Part shown: positions 26,915-40,300 of the stretch, piece after piece
Layout: each line of letters opens with the position of its first letter
How positions within the stretch are numbered: the first letter of the stretch is position 1
Origin: Mytilus edulis
Taxonomy: Eukaryota
Direction of reading: 5' to 3'
Assembly: GCF_963676685.1 (NCBI RefSeq)
Contig: NC_092349.1
Coordinates: forward strand, 31,558,001-31,622,000
Length of the DNA stretch: 64,000 bases
Position numbers and translations under genes: made by a program
Notes under the pieces: generated by a model
The model's database searches: none
Seen by the model: the letters and a program-made list of their open reading frames with translations, nothing else
Told to the model about the DNA's origin: nothing

Positions 26915-29353
26915 TTAGCTAACTTCTTAAAAGCTTTATATTTTAGAAGGTGGAAGACCTGGATGCTTCATACTTTGTATATAGATGACTCATGTTACGA
27001 AGTTTCCGTCAGTAACATGCCCAATGTCCTTGACCTCATTTTCATGGTTCAGTGACCACTTGAAAAAAAAGTTCAAATTTTTTGCAATGTTGAATTCTCT
27101 CTTTTTATAAGTAATAGGATAACTATATTTGATATATGCGTACCTTGCAATGTCCTCATGTCTGTCAGACAGTTTTCACTTGACCTCGACCTCATTTCAT
27201 GGATCAATGAACAAGGTTAAGTTTTGGTGGTCAAGTCCATATCTCAGATACTATAAGCAATAGGGCTAGTATATTCAGTGTATGGAAGGACTGTAAGGTG
27301 TACATGTCCAACTGGCAGGTGTCATCTGACCTTGACCTCATTTTCATGGTTCAGTGGTTATAGTTAAATTTTTGTGTTTTGGTCTGTTTTTCTCATACTA
27401 TATGCAATAGGTCTACTATATTTGTTGTATGGAATGATTGTAAGGTGTACATGTCTAGCGGGCAAATTTCATGTGACCTTGACCTCATTTTCATGGTTCA
27501 GTGGTCAAAGTTAAATTTTTGTGTTTTGGTCTGTTTTTCTCATACTATATGCAATAGGTCTACTATATTTGTTGTATGGAACGATTGTAAGGTGTACATG
27601 TCTTGCGGGCAGATGTCATGTGACGTTGACCTCATTTTCATGGTTCAGTGGTCAAAGTTAAGTTTTTAAGTTTTGGTCTTTTTATCTAATACTATATGCC
27701 ATAGGTCAACTATATTTGGTGTATGGAAATATTTTATGATCTTTATGTCAGTCGCACAGGTTTTATTTGACTGTGACCTCATTTTCACGGTTCATTGCAC
27801 AGTGTTAAGTTTTTGTGTTTTGGTCTATTTTTCTTAAACTATAAGTAATAGGTCAACTATATATGTTGTATAGAAGCATTGTTAGCTGTACATGTCTGCC
27901 TGGCATGGTTCATCTGACCTTGACCTCATTTTCAAAGTTCATTGGTCTATGTTTAGTTATCTTGGTTAATGTTAAGTTTATGTGACAGTTGTTATAAAGC
28001 TTAGCTTTATACTAAGGACTATCAACATAATATCAATGATTAGTATAGAAGGCGAGACATTTCAGCGTGTGCACTCTTGTTACAATAATGTGTTGTTACT
28101 TCCCTTACCGCGATTTTAAAACCATCCCATAATAATCTACAATCTAGGTTTTCTTTTTCGAAAACATATGTATCTATCAAATTATTAATCAGTTCTTGGT
28201 AATCTTTATCTTGCAAAACTGAATTATTAATTTTCCAATACCCATTGCCCCTTTCTGATACCCCTGGTTTAAATTTAAGAAATACACTTTGATGATCAGT
28301 GGACCGAATAACAGCCGGTTTAATTTTACAAAATTCTACAAGTGGTAAAAAATCTGACCCCATGAAGATCATGTCAATCCTACTAGCTTGTGATTGGTCT
28401 CTTCTTCTCCATGTGAATTGCTGTTTACATTTATTTAAATTTCTCCAAACATCTGACAGTTTGTTAGTTTTTATCAAATATTTTAAACCGTGTACGGGTT
28501 GCGTAAATTTACATGGACGTTTAGATTTTCTATCAATTGGGTTAAGTGTCTCATTAAAATCGCCTCCAAGTATTGGTATACCTAGACCCTGTTCCTTCAA
28601 ATTATCACTGATTCTTTTGAAAAAAGAATTTCTAGATGTTTTACAGTTAGGTGCATATATACTAATAAATGTAAAAATTGAATTATTTATTTGCACATTG
28701 ATAAGTACAAATCTTCCATCGCTATCAATGAATTTATTAATTAGTTCGTCATGTTCGTAGCTCAGTGATTTCTTAATTAAAATAGCTACACCCCTACTAG
28801 CCGAAGTACCATGACTACAAAAAGTATCATATTCCGTTTTACTATTTATTTCTCTTTCAATAATTTCATCAAAATGAGTTTCTTGTAAAAAAGTTATAAC
28901 GCTTTTTTGAGCCGTAACCCATTCTATAACCCTATTTCTTTTTTCCCGTGAATTAATTCCGTTAACATTGAGACTACATAGATTAATTGTATTTGAAAAT
29001 GTCATAGTTTATAATAGTAAATACATTATAAATATTCTTTGATTTTAACGCACTACATGAAATAACTATTTTATAACACTTAATTGCTACACATTTGAAA
29101 TACATATTGATTATTTTAGATATTATATAGTTGTTACACATATTTTTACAACGTAAATAATAATAACAGGTACCTTTTAGCTGGTGTGACCTTAAACCAA
29201 TTGTTCCGGTATTGAACCTCGTGTATGTTATGTGTACTTTAAAACACGGTGTAATTCTGTTTGGATAATTCGCTAGTGTAGGAATTAATGCATGATAGTT
29301 TAATAATTCCGAATTGTATATATGTGTTTGAATGGAAAAAAATTCGCAAGTAT
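23755..29353 (-). mobile_element. 5'-truncated L1/Tx1-clade LINE (ORF2: APE endonuclease, RT, C-terminal Zn knuckle), inactivated
   Basis: 15-bp TSD aagcgtcaagttatt (23740-23754, 29354-29368) and poly(A) at ~23753-23769 with AATAAA. Motifs LNVNG/LQETH/GGDFN/TDH, RPISLLN, DFTKAFD, RQGCPLS, LSDD, CNFC..EDYNHYFFKC. Contains stops and frameshifts; no ORF1. Confidence 0.93.
26825..28079 (+). mobile_element. HINE family-1 element inserted in LINE ORF2
   Basis: Same structure as 18727-19812 with one extra 147-bp unit and a longer (GGC)n. Removing it restores the ORF2 frame (..THYCKNKVKLNKG..). Inserted in a T-run. Confidence 0.88.
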
Positions 29354-31043
29354 AAGCGTCAAGTTATTGATATTGAGGTACTTAAGTATAGATAGCTATA
29401 TTATATTAAACACAAAGATATTAATTCAAAAAGATAAAGCAATCTTGAAAAAGTTTGATATTAACACTAAAAAGCTTTACAATTGTTCTCCTAAATTTAG
29501 ATTTTTATTAATTTGTTGACACAACAAAATGCTGCAAATAAAACCGGCATGTACAAAAACCCAAGGTAAGTAACCACCTATCAGTGTCATAAGACAGCAA
29601 TACAATGAAGGCAGTATATCATATAGGACTAACAAAACATTTATAAACATGTATGTGTACTAAGTGGAATACCTTAAAAAGTTCGGATATTGTTTAATTT
29701 TCTTTAAAACCTTTCCAATTGTGCTACGAATAGTACGCGTGATTTATAAAAAAAAGTTATACAAAACAAATTAATGCGCACCCATTTTGTTTTTATTTAG
29801 ATAATTATGGAAAAGTCCCTATTGACCCCGAAGACAAGACAAGACAATAGAACTTATTGAATTGAACGAATGTGATATTTTTGTATGCCAAACATGCACT
29901 GAAAATGTTGGAGTAAATAATAGTTCTAATATTTGTCTACGGTGAGATGAACATCTCTATCTTGAATTCGTGAACAATCAGCTATTAAGATCATCGGAGT
30001 AAACCGTACGACAGTACTTTGATTTTATCGTACTATACAAGGAAGTATGATTATAATGGATTTACCTGATTTTTTATATCGTTTTATTTACGCCACATTT
30101 TAAGTATTTTCCTATGTTTCTGACATTTATGCTTACCTTTACTAATTTGTACAGTTTAGCACCATACTGCAGTTATATATTCAAATAATGTTAAAGGAAT
30201 ATCTGCCTTTCCGATGCAATAACCAAACTTCCACTGGTTGACTTGGACTTAAGTCGGGTGACAAAAGGTAGGTAACTTGTGTTTGTTTACTACCTGCTTT
30301 AACCGCATTGATATTGTAAAAGATCAAGCGAAAGAGATATGTATTCCTTTCAAATTTATTCAATGCGATTAGAAATCAATCAATACCATATCTTTATCAC
30401 TCAATGAGGTGGTTATTAACATATAAGTTTATTACTCTATTTACTTTGGAAAGGGTGGTGTGCGTAAAGGGGGCGGGAAGGGGGATGGTGGTTGGTATGG
30501 TTTTTACAAGACAAACATTTTTTTGTTATAGCTTTCATTAAAACAAAATTAACGGTAGAAGGTTTGGTATAAAAATCTGAATTTTTTCGACATATTTTCT
30601 TTTGATATTATTGAGTAAGAAAACCAAAATATTTGAAAATTTCGTAAATTTCAAATGTTCAACCTCGGCAAAGTTTTTTTTTTCATGGTCAATAAACTAT
30701 AATAGCTTTGGCAATTTTTCTGCAGGAATAACACGATACTTTCAACCATTTATATACACCCAGACTACAAATATTAGCATGACATTTCAAATTACTTTTT
30801 AGACATGTATGTTTTTACTACAAATGTTGACATTCATAGATATTCCGAATGGGAAGTCTTTAATACACACAATAATATATGCATACATGTATATTAGTGT
30901 TTTTCACGTTTTTTGGGTACTCAAAAATTGGTAATTATCTATATACTACAGACATAAAACGGTGAATATCAACAAAGTTTTGGCAGATGATACATCAAAC
31001 CCTTCCCTTCCAATGATGAATTTAAAAGAAAAAGAAACAACAG

Positions 31044-31362
31044 GACATTTTTGGTTAACAATTTTTGCATGCCATAAAATTATACACCTGACATTTTTGG
31101 TTAACAATTTTTGCATGCCATATAATTATACACCTGACATTTTTGGTTAACAATTTTTGCATGCCATAAAATTATACACCTGACATTTTTGGTTAACAAT
31201 TTTTGCATGCCATAAAATTATACACCTGACATTTTTGGTTAACATTTTTGCATGCCATAAAATTATACACCTGACATTTTTGGTTAACAATTTTTGCAGG
31301 CCATAAAATGATACACCTGACATTTTTGGTTAACAATTTTTGCAGGCCATAAAAATATACAC
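31044..31362. repeat. 46-bp minisatellite, ~7 copies
   Basis: Unit gacatttttggttaacaatttttgcatgccataaaattatacacct starting at 31044, 31090, 31136, 31182, 31228, 31273, 31319. Confidence 0.95.
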
Positions 31363-31455
31363 CCTCAGTCGAAAAAAACTCAGTGGAAACTTTCAGAAGA
31401 CTAGTTGTATATTTGTTTTTATCGCAAGTGACTGAAGTGTGATTCAGATATTGAT

Positions 31456-32738
31456 TTAATGATCACCTGGCCATAAGGGCGAAGGGCCAGCTGAACTTTT
31501 CTCATCACTTGTCGTCCGTCGTCCGTCGTGCGTCGTCTGTCGTCTGTAAACTATTACAAAAATCTTCTCCTCTGAAACTACTGGGCCAAATTTACCCAAC
31601 TTTGCCACAATCATCATTAGGGTGTCTACTTTAAAAAATGTGTTCGATGACCCGGGCAACCAACAAAGATGGCTGCCATAGCTTAAAATAGAACATAGGG
31701 GGTAAAATGTAAGTTGTGTCTTATATCTCTGAAACCAAAGCATTGAGAGCAAATCTGACATGGGGTAAATTTGTTTATCAGGTCAAGATCTATCTGCCCT
31801 TAAATTTTTAGATGAGTCTGACAGCCCGTTGTTGGCTTCTGAATTCGTAATTCTAAGGAAATTTTGTCGTTTTTGGTTATTATCTTGAATATTCTTATAG
31901 ATAGAGATAAACTGTAAACAGTAATAATGTTTAGCAAAGTAAGATCTACAAATAAGTCAACATGACCAAAATGTTCAGTTGACTCATTAAGGAATTATTG
32001 TCCTTTATAATTTCTTTTAACAATTTTTCATAAATGTTTGTAATCTTTTACAAAAATCTTCTTCTCTGAAACTACTAAGACAAATCTAACCAAAATTGTC
32101 CATAATCATCATTAGGGTATCTAGTTTAAAATATGTGTAATATGACCCTGCTCGGGAGCCAAGATGGCCGACATGGCTAAGAATAGTACATAGAGTAAAA
32201 TACAGTTTTTGGCTCATATCTCTGTGACTAAAGCATTTAGAGCAAATCTGACAGTTTTAAATTGTTCATTAGTTCAAGATCTATCTGCCCTGAAATTTTC
32301 AGACCAATCAGGCGACCTGTTGTTGGGTTGTTTTAAGAAAATTTTGCAGCTTTTGGTTATAATCATGAATATTATTATAGATAAAGATAAACTGTAAAGA
32401 GCAATAATTTTCAGAAAAGTAAGATTAAGTAAGTCAACATGATCAAGATGGTCAATTGACCCCTTAAAGAGTAATAGCCCTTTATAGTCAATTTTTAATA
32501 ATTTTCGTAAATTTTGTGAATAATTGTAAATTTTTACAAAAGATTTTCCACTGTAACTACTGGGCTAAGTTCATTTAAGATAGAGATAATTGTAGGCAGC
32601 AAGAATGTTCAGTAAAGTAAGATCTACATATACATCACCATCACCGAAACACAATTTTGTCATGAATCTATGTGTGTCCTTTGTTTGACATGTAAATAGA
32701 CCAAAGTGAGCGACACAGGCTCTTTTGAGCCTCTAGTT
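31456..32738 (+). mobile_element. HINE-like element (family 3)
   Basis: 5' tcacctggcc..gggccag.tga, (GTC/GTCC)n microsatellite, large internal duplication (aaaatcttct.ctctgaaactact at ~31559 and ~32053), 3' gtgagcgacacaggctcttttgagcctctag hairpin. Confidence 0.75.
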
Positions 32739-33038
32739 TAATAATGCTGATGCGAATTAGGATTAATAAGCTAACATTGATTAAACTTCTGATATTAATA
32801 GCCTAACAAACAAATCATTTAAAAATCAACACAGCAACACACAAAGAGAGAAGATTTGCTATTTAGTTGGCTTAAACAATTTTGTCTTTTTGTTTTTGTT
32901 TAAAGAAATATAGAACTTATATATATTCAAATGAACATTTAACCTGACACAAACAATCAACCATTAAACCCTTTCCTAGTGTAGGAAGTTAGTTGCTGTG
33001 TTATTCATTACTACAATCAATACATAAAATACATAAAA

Positions 33039-33236
33039 CTGTGGATTCATCATTATTCGTTGGATATAAATTTTCGTGGAATCAGGTGAACCACGAATTC
33101 AAAGCTCAACGAATAACATATTTCCAATGCGCCTTTTATACAGAGATTGCCAAAACCACGAAATCAAATATCCACGAATATGCAAGTTTTCAGCATTCCA
33201 CAAAAATTGATACCCACGAAAATAAATGAATCCACA
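33039..33236. mobile_element. ~200-bp MITE
   Basis: TIRs ctgtggattcat..ttcgt.gg / cc.acgaa..atgaatccaca. Confidence 0.6.
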
Positions 33237-33639
33237 TTGCCACAGAATCTGGAGGGCGCTTGATCATATTGATGTCTATTCTTCAAACATATCAATAAAT
33301 AAACGAAATAATTTCTTAATTGACTGTACTGTGATTTCATCGTTACATATTTGTATTCCTGTCGTGGTAACAGTTAAAACGAAGTAGAATTTTTCTATAA
33401 GGTTTTAATAAAGTTTGCGAATATCATGAACTCTATTGCCAATATCTCTTCAAAAACATTAGAATAGAATAAGGATAATTTGGTTATTTGATCGGAATTT
33501 GTCATAGAGATTGAAGTGTATGAAGCTAAAGCAATATGACTTTTAGTTTTTTCTACATCTGTTACTTTTTCTTTTGACGTTAAACGAAGTGTAAAGTCTA
33601 CCTGGTACATTTATTGACACTAATTGTCGTTGCTTTATT

Positions 33640-34103
33640 TACACCACTGGGTCGATGCCACAGCTGGCGGACATTTCGACCCCGAGGGTATCACAAGCTC
33701 AGTAGTCAGCACTTCGGTGTTGAAATGAATATCAATTATATGGTCACTTTTATACATTTACTGTTTGAAAAAATATAAATTACCCGAAATACTAAAGATT
33801 TTCTTATCCTATTCATAAATTACCTTAACCGTAATTGGCACGAATTTTTGGAATGTTTGGTCCAATCTCCGGCGCAGTACTTACTTCGTATCACTACACT
33901 AAATATGTATTGTAGTGTACTAAGTATACGGAAAGTAAACGAGCGCTGTACGGAGATTGCGTTTGGTCCTCCATGCTCTTAAACTTTGTACTTGTCTTGC
34001 ATTTCAGACTTTTTGTTTTTTTATCAAAGCGTCACTGATGAGTCTTATGTAGACGAAAAGCCGGTCTGGCGTATTAAATTATAAGCCTGGTACCTTTGAT
34101 AAA
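33640..34103. repeat. Abundant interspersed repeat with a small palindromic insertion (~33863-33959); related copies at ~16850-16955, ~36030-36310, ~39580-39890, ~42765-42920
   Basis: Shared blocks gggtatcaccagcccagtagtcagcact and cgtcactgatgagtcttatgtagacgaaa in both orientations. Confidence 0.65.
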
Positions 34104-34353
34104 TATTTAATGGGTATAAAGAGATAACAATGAATTAAAACATATTAAATGTTGAACGAAGTAGACATTTTCTATTGGATTTTATAACAATGTCACTAAC
34201 TCAAACATTCTTTTAAAATCTAAAATAGAATAAGAATAATTGACCTAGTATTTGTGATAGAGATTGTACTGTAAAATCATTTGCTGAAGCAATCAATAAA
34301 GCAATTTGACGTTTAGTTTTTTCCACATCTGTTGCTTTTGACATGCAACTAAG

Positions 34354-34359
34354 TATAAA
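34354..34359 (+). promoter_or_regulatory. Putative TATA box of the cysteine-rich peptide gene
   Basis: TATAAA ~40 nt upstream of ATG 34398. Confidence 0.4.
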
Positions 34360-34397
34360 GTCTTCCTTGTAAATTTATTAACAAGAATTTTGTCAAG

Positions 34398-37300
34398 ATG
34401 AACGCATGCAAAATAATCGCTGTTCTGATTTTGTATTCAATACAACAATCACAGAGTGCCAATATTGGATGGCCCGTGAAATGCAAGGGTAGGATCATTT
34501 TTTAACATCTGTTATTTCATTAGTTTAAAATTGCATGACAAAAATTGGTTTTAATACTTACCAACATCATTGTTTAAGTTTTAAATTGAAATAGCAGAAA
34601 CCACATAATAATTCAACAAAGAAAGTTTTACACGTTTTATTAAGCATTGTGCATTGGCGTTTTTTCTCATTTATGATTAACATATCTCTACCTACCAGAT
34701 TCCGACAGATACCATTACCAAGGTCACGAAATGACCGAAGCATAGAGATGTACAAAATTATCCTAGTTCCGTCAATCTGTATTTCCATCCACAATAAAGG
34801 TGATCTTCGGAATTTATCGTTATGCCTACAGAAATGAGTCTAATTTTGGTACATAAACATACGTCAAAGATTTAAAGTATGACTTATGCTTTCTCATCGA
34901 ATTCTGATTCCTATGCAGAATTATGGCCCTCAAGAATTATCGCAGTTAAAAAAAAAAAATTTTTTAGGCAAAATAATGAATTAATGGTATCAACTCTTTT
35001 AATTTTGTACTTTTAGTGAATTTTATCTTATGCTTGATGATCTGGAGCTGATTTCAATACATCATTGTAAGATAATGACTCACATACAAAATAAGATTTT
35101 TTCTTGTTGACCGACTTTTCATTGGATTGCGCACATTGATTAAGAAAGTTCACGAGAAATCCTCTTGTATTGACAAATTTGCTTGCGTGTCTTAATTGTT
35201 AGATTATCAATGTATAACATTAATGAATTGATAAATTCACTGTGTCCCGACCCGATGTTAGTAATAAAATTGACGGAACAATTGAACCATACGCGGATAT
35301 TGGCTATTCAGTGATGTTCTGGGCAAAAATATGTGAAAAACAAAAGCTTATTTTAAACCAAAGAGTAGAACGGTTAACACATTCGGTCAAGCTGTCTGAG
35401 CTTTACATTAGCGGGATATTACTGATAATATACCAATATATTTATATCATGCCAATTTCAAAGCACAGGATACTTTAATGGTGATAATCTCGAGGACTAA
35501 CTGTCAACCAGTAAAGATTTTCGACCCAGTAAAAATAATAACATTCATTCAACAATAACAATTTACAACTCCAGTTGTGCATTTTGACAATATGTCAGTG
35601 ATGCTCAAGGCCAAAATGTAAAAAAAAAAAAAAAAAAAAAAACACAATTCTTCTCATTCTTATCATGAAAGCTAATTATGAACAAAAAGGGACAAAATTA
35701 TAGCCAAAGACGGACAATGATTTGGAACTTTTCACAAGAACGATAAATCCTTCATGCCTTATGTGACAGAAAGATAGTTTTTTATTTTTTCTAAATAAAT
35801 CAAATTTTCAAATAAATACCGCTATGTCATTAAATATCAAGTCCAACTATTTCGTTGCATCCTTGTTAAAAGTCAATATGTATAATACACAGGATAAGTC
35901 CAAAATATAATACAGCCAAGTTTTGTATTTGTTACATCTTAAAATAAATTGATTGACGGATAATTATACCTAAAACGATCACTATAGCAATATGACATTT
36001 AAATTCCTATCATAAGCAATTCTGTGTTGACTTGAGTTATCATTGATATATTCATAATTATAAATTAACTGTTAACAACACTTTGAATTTTTGAAATACT
36101 AAGGCTTGTGTACCCCAGGAATAGATTACATCAGCTGTTTTTGTGAAAACGTTTAGAAAATTTTAATCCTCAATGCCCTTCAACTTCATATTTTGTTTGG
36201 CTATTTAGCATTTTTTCATTCAAGCATGACTGATGAGTCTGTTGTATACGAACCGTGTGTCTGGCGAAAATATAAAACTTCAATCCTGGTATATCTGATG
36301 AGTTTATTTTCTGAACCTTTTGATATTTAACGAAATATAGAATTATCCTGGTACATTAATTGAAAAAAAAATCGGTCTTCTGAATTTAATTTAAAAAAAC
36401 CGCAACGAGCTTGACTCAGAGGAAACTTTTAGTTAACTAGTTTATGTCTAGTTGGTATAGTTCGTGTCGCTCAGTCCTTAGTTTTTTATGCTGTGTGTAC
36501 TATCATTTGTTTTGTCTTTTTTGTAAGCCATGGCGTTGTCAGTTTATTTCGATCAGTGAGTTTGAATGTAACTCTGTTATCTTTCGCCCCCCTTTTTATC
36601 TCATTAAAGTACGTTAAAGTCAATTAAAACCCTATGTTAACAATTTTCATTTTTCTCGATTGTTAAAGTCATAAGAAACCTCAAATTAAAAAAAAATAAT
36701 GCACATGTTTTTTATGACTCAATGGATAGTTTTCATTATAAAACTTATTTACATATACTTTTTTCTGAAGAAAGAAGTTTACTTTATTTTGATTGCTTCC
36801 TCTCTTCCAGGAAGCAATCTCCCTACATATTTTGCGTATGCAAAGTGACCTCAGCATGACCCATCTCGTAAAAATCCGGTTATCGCAATACGCATGTGTG
36901 TCCTTAAAATAAACTATTATCTGATTGTACATGCATGTTGTTAAACACGTACTCAATAGCCATGCTTTTTATTAATTGTTGACAAACAGATGACAATCGT
37001 TAAACTTCGGCTTCAAAACACGAAATTTATCTGCCATATTTTCACAACAACACTGACCGATTGAAAAAAAAAGTTGACGATTATACGAAATTTATGCGAA
37101 AAAATTTATAAAATCGTGCAAAGAAGACTAAGTTTATGATGTTTGTATGCATTGGTTCAAGATTTTCGTTTATTATGACTTTAAAAATCCATTTTTTTGG
37201 TAAGCGAGTACATTATTTTCAGAAAGCCTGTTTTAAACTAATAAGTATTGATAATTGATCTCGACGAAAATCAAAAATCCAATTTTGTCATTGTATTTTC

Positions 37301-40300
37301 GATCCATATTAATACACACACCGTAAACACAAATATAAAGAATTTTTATAATTGATATATATTTTTGAACATGTAGAATATCTATGTAAACAATCAATAT
37401 AGAAATATGACTGTTATTTTTTTTTTCTACATCTGTCACGAAACTTTTTGATGTGAAACGAAGTATTAAGATATCCTGGTTCATTTATTTGCAGATATTT
37501 TGTCAAGATGTGCGCATGCAAACAATTTTTTCCTGTAATTTTTTATTCAATTCAACAATTGAAGAATCACATATGTATGGTTTTCTAACCTTTTTTCAAA
37601 TTTCTGTTGTTCTGTATATGCAAGGAAAAATGAAATATAAATATTTTTTCTGGAGGTATTTAGAAAAGACTGACGTTGTATTTTATTAAACACCTCGTTT
37701 GTCTAAGTGTATATGGTTTAGGATGTTCAGGATGTTGCGCGTCCAATACCTTACCTTTTCATTTTCTATTTTGAGAAATGTGGGCTGTTGGCAGATCTTA
37801 GTTTGTGTCTGTTAATTTAAAAATCGAAAACTCGGGATTACTTTGGGGTTGATATACTATATAGCTCCATGTGTATTGTTAAATACTTCTTTGCTGTTGT
37901 TGTGTTGATATATACTCTACATGTATTACTTTACAGATATTACCACTTATCCTCTTACTTACTTTTCATACTTATCTATTAACAATGCACAGAACCATTA
38001 TCACACAGATCTCACACAGAACATATACTTTATGCTATGAATGCAAATGTACCTTTACTGACATTTTTCAGGCGCAATGGATTGTGATGTTTGTCCTCCA
38101 CCTGGCATTGGTTTATGTGTAGAACTTGGTGGTTGTCCGACTGGACAACTACTATGTTTTAACGGATGTGGACATACATGTTTCCATCCTGTAAAGGGTA
38201 AGTTTTGAATTCTTAACCATTTAAAACACCCAAATATACTGAGTGCCAATGAAAACGCAACACTTTTGTTTTTCCAAAAAATCTTATAATTTTTATTTTA
38301 TTTATATTAGAACTTTGTATAGTTGGTTGAAAATGACTTTTAAGACAATTTTCGACAACTTTACGGTTGAGTGATTTTTGGAACAAATGCGAAGTAAGGG
38401 TTATTTTGAAAGAACAAAAACCGAGTTCACCGCTTTTCAACATACGCACCATTTTCACGATTTTGTCATTTAAAGCTTGGCTAATGTCATGAATTTTCCT
38501 GCCCTTATTGTTAGGAAACTGCAATAAACAGCTGAGTAAATGACAGGACTTTCCGACAACCAGCGACATGCAGTTTTGGGCATGATCCAATGAAGCCTTT
38601 CACAGTATACAATTACGGGAAGACTGAAGTTGTAGCCTCTACAATAACCCAAAACATCCACAAATTCAACCAAAATGGATCATTTAATGATAAGCCACAT
38701 CCCGGGGTACAAAAAGCAAGAAACGCTCAGCAAGACCGATACATTTGGTCTTTCACATATCCGATATCGACTATGATGGCTGTCCAAATGTCAAAGAGTT
38801 CAATAGTGGCCACGGTACAACCTTTGGAGCCATTCAGTTAAAAGCACTATTTGCGCAGAAATTGTTTAAGAGCACCACAGTCTTTCCTTAGTGACATTTA
38901 AACGGCCGTCTGGCGTAAATATCGAATTCTGTAGACCAAAAAGCATTCATTATGTACAAAAAACGTCAATGGTGGTTACATAGACATTTGGCACCCGCCT
39001 TGGCTAAAAGTCATGCTTTTCGCCGGATTTTGGTCCGATCGACCAAATTTTGCATCAGATTTGACATGTTTTAGACGATGAAAACCACCTCCAATATCAT
39101 AAAGTCAGCTTGCGTTTGCTTTGCGGGACAAGTGGAATAACATTCCTCGGGATCACATTAAACGTCCGGGATGATCAATTCCACGGCGCTGTCGAGATTG
39201 CGCTGCACCACGGGAATGTAACATTTTTTGTTAGGACTGTTAGTTGATGATTCGACATTGGATGTTTCGTTTACCTATTGCGCCCGAAAGATGACAATAA
39301 AACATTTTTGTTTGATATCGATCTATTGTTAAAATAGCTAATTTTCAAGAACAATTTATTTTGAGAGATTATCATTTCTTATATAAATTTTATTTTTGAA
39401 AAACCAAGTGTAGCGTTTTCATTGGCACTCAGTATATTTCCATCATTCACAAGGAGTAAAAGTACAAGAGGAAAACTTTTAACATCGTAGTAAATGAGAA
39501 AACAATAAGATAACAAGAGTACAATACCTAGCAAGATGTTAAAAATAGTATATGTTTTTATACTTGTTCACATAAATAAACTTATCATAGATACCTGGAT
39601 TAAAATTTTATATTTACGCTCGATGCGCGTTTCGTCTACAAAAGAGTACTTCAATCAGTGACGCTCGAATAAAAAAATGTTAAAAAGGCCAAATAAAATA
39701 CGAAGTAAAGAGGACCAAAAGTTCCTAAAAATTTTGCAAAATACAGCTAAAGTTATCTATTCCTGAGGTAGAAAAGCCTTAGTATTTAAAAAAAATCAAA
39801 GTTTTGTTAACAGTTAATTTATGAGAATGAACATATCAATTGTAACTCAAGTCAACACATAAGTGCTGACTACTGGGCTGGTGATACCTTACATAAAGTT
39901 AAGTCCATAGCTATTAATTATGGATTCCCCCGAACAATTATAACATTTCAAAAAGAAAAATGATCAAAAATACCTTACTAGTATTTACAGATGACAAGAG
40001 ATCAAAGTTACTACACAAAAAGAAATGTCGAAAACAGTATACCAAAAATAAATAGATATATAATTTCTTGATTTTCTTAAATATCTCAAAATTCATATGA
40101 AATCTGTGCAAGAAACTAAGATGATGGGTGAATAAAAAATGAATTTCTGAATACAATTATTCAATGCCTTGTGAAAACTATTATTCTCGAAACTATGTTA
40201 ACCGTACTGCCAAACCATCAATTGTAAATTTTCAAACTTTGTTTTTATTCCAAATCCTTTTATATTCACTTGATAGTAGCAACTTGGGTAAATAAAACAT

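Noticed and set aside
26804-27669. ORFs with poly-Ala and repeated peptides (26804-27055, 27379-27669; also 9995-10222, 31456-31761)
   Set aside because: Chance translations of the (GGC)n tract and tandem units of non-coding HINE elements.
28040-28079. Stand-alone 321-aa endonuclease gene
   Set aside because: The C-terminus comes from the inserted HINE; the frame continues into RT once the insertion is removed.
38055-38249. Minus-strand 64-aa ORF
   Set aside because: Antisense shadow of the WAP-like exon, which has the proper splice signals on the plus strand.
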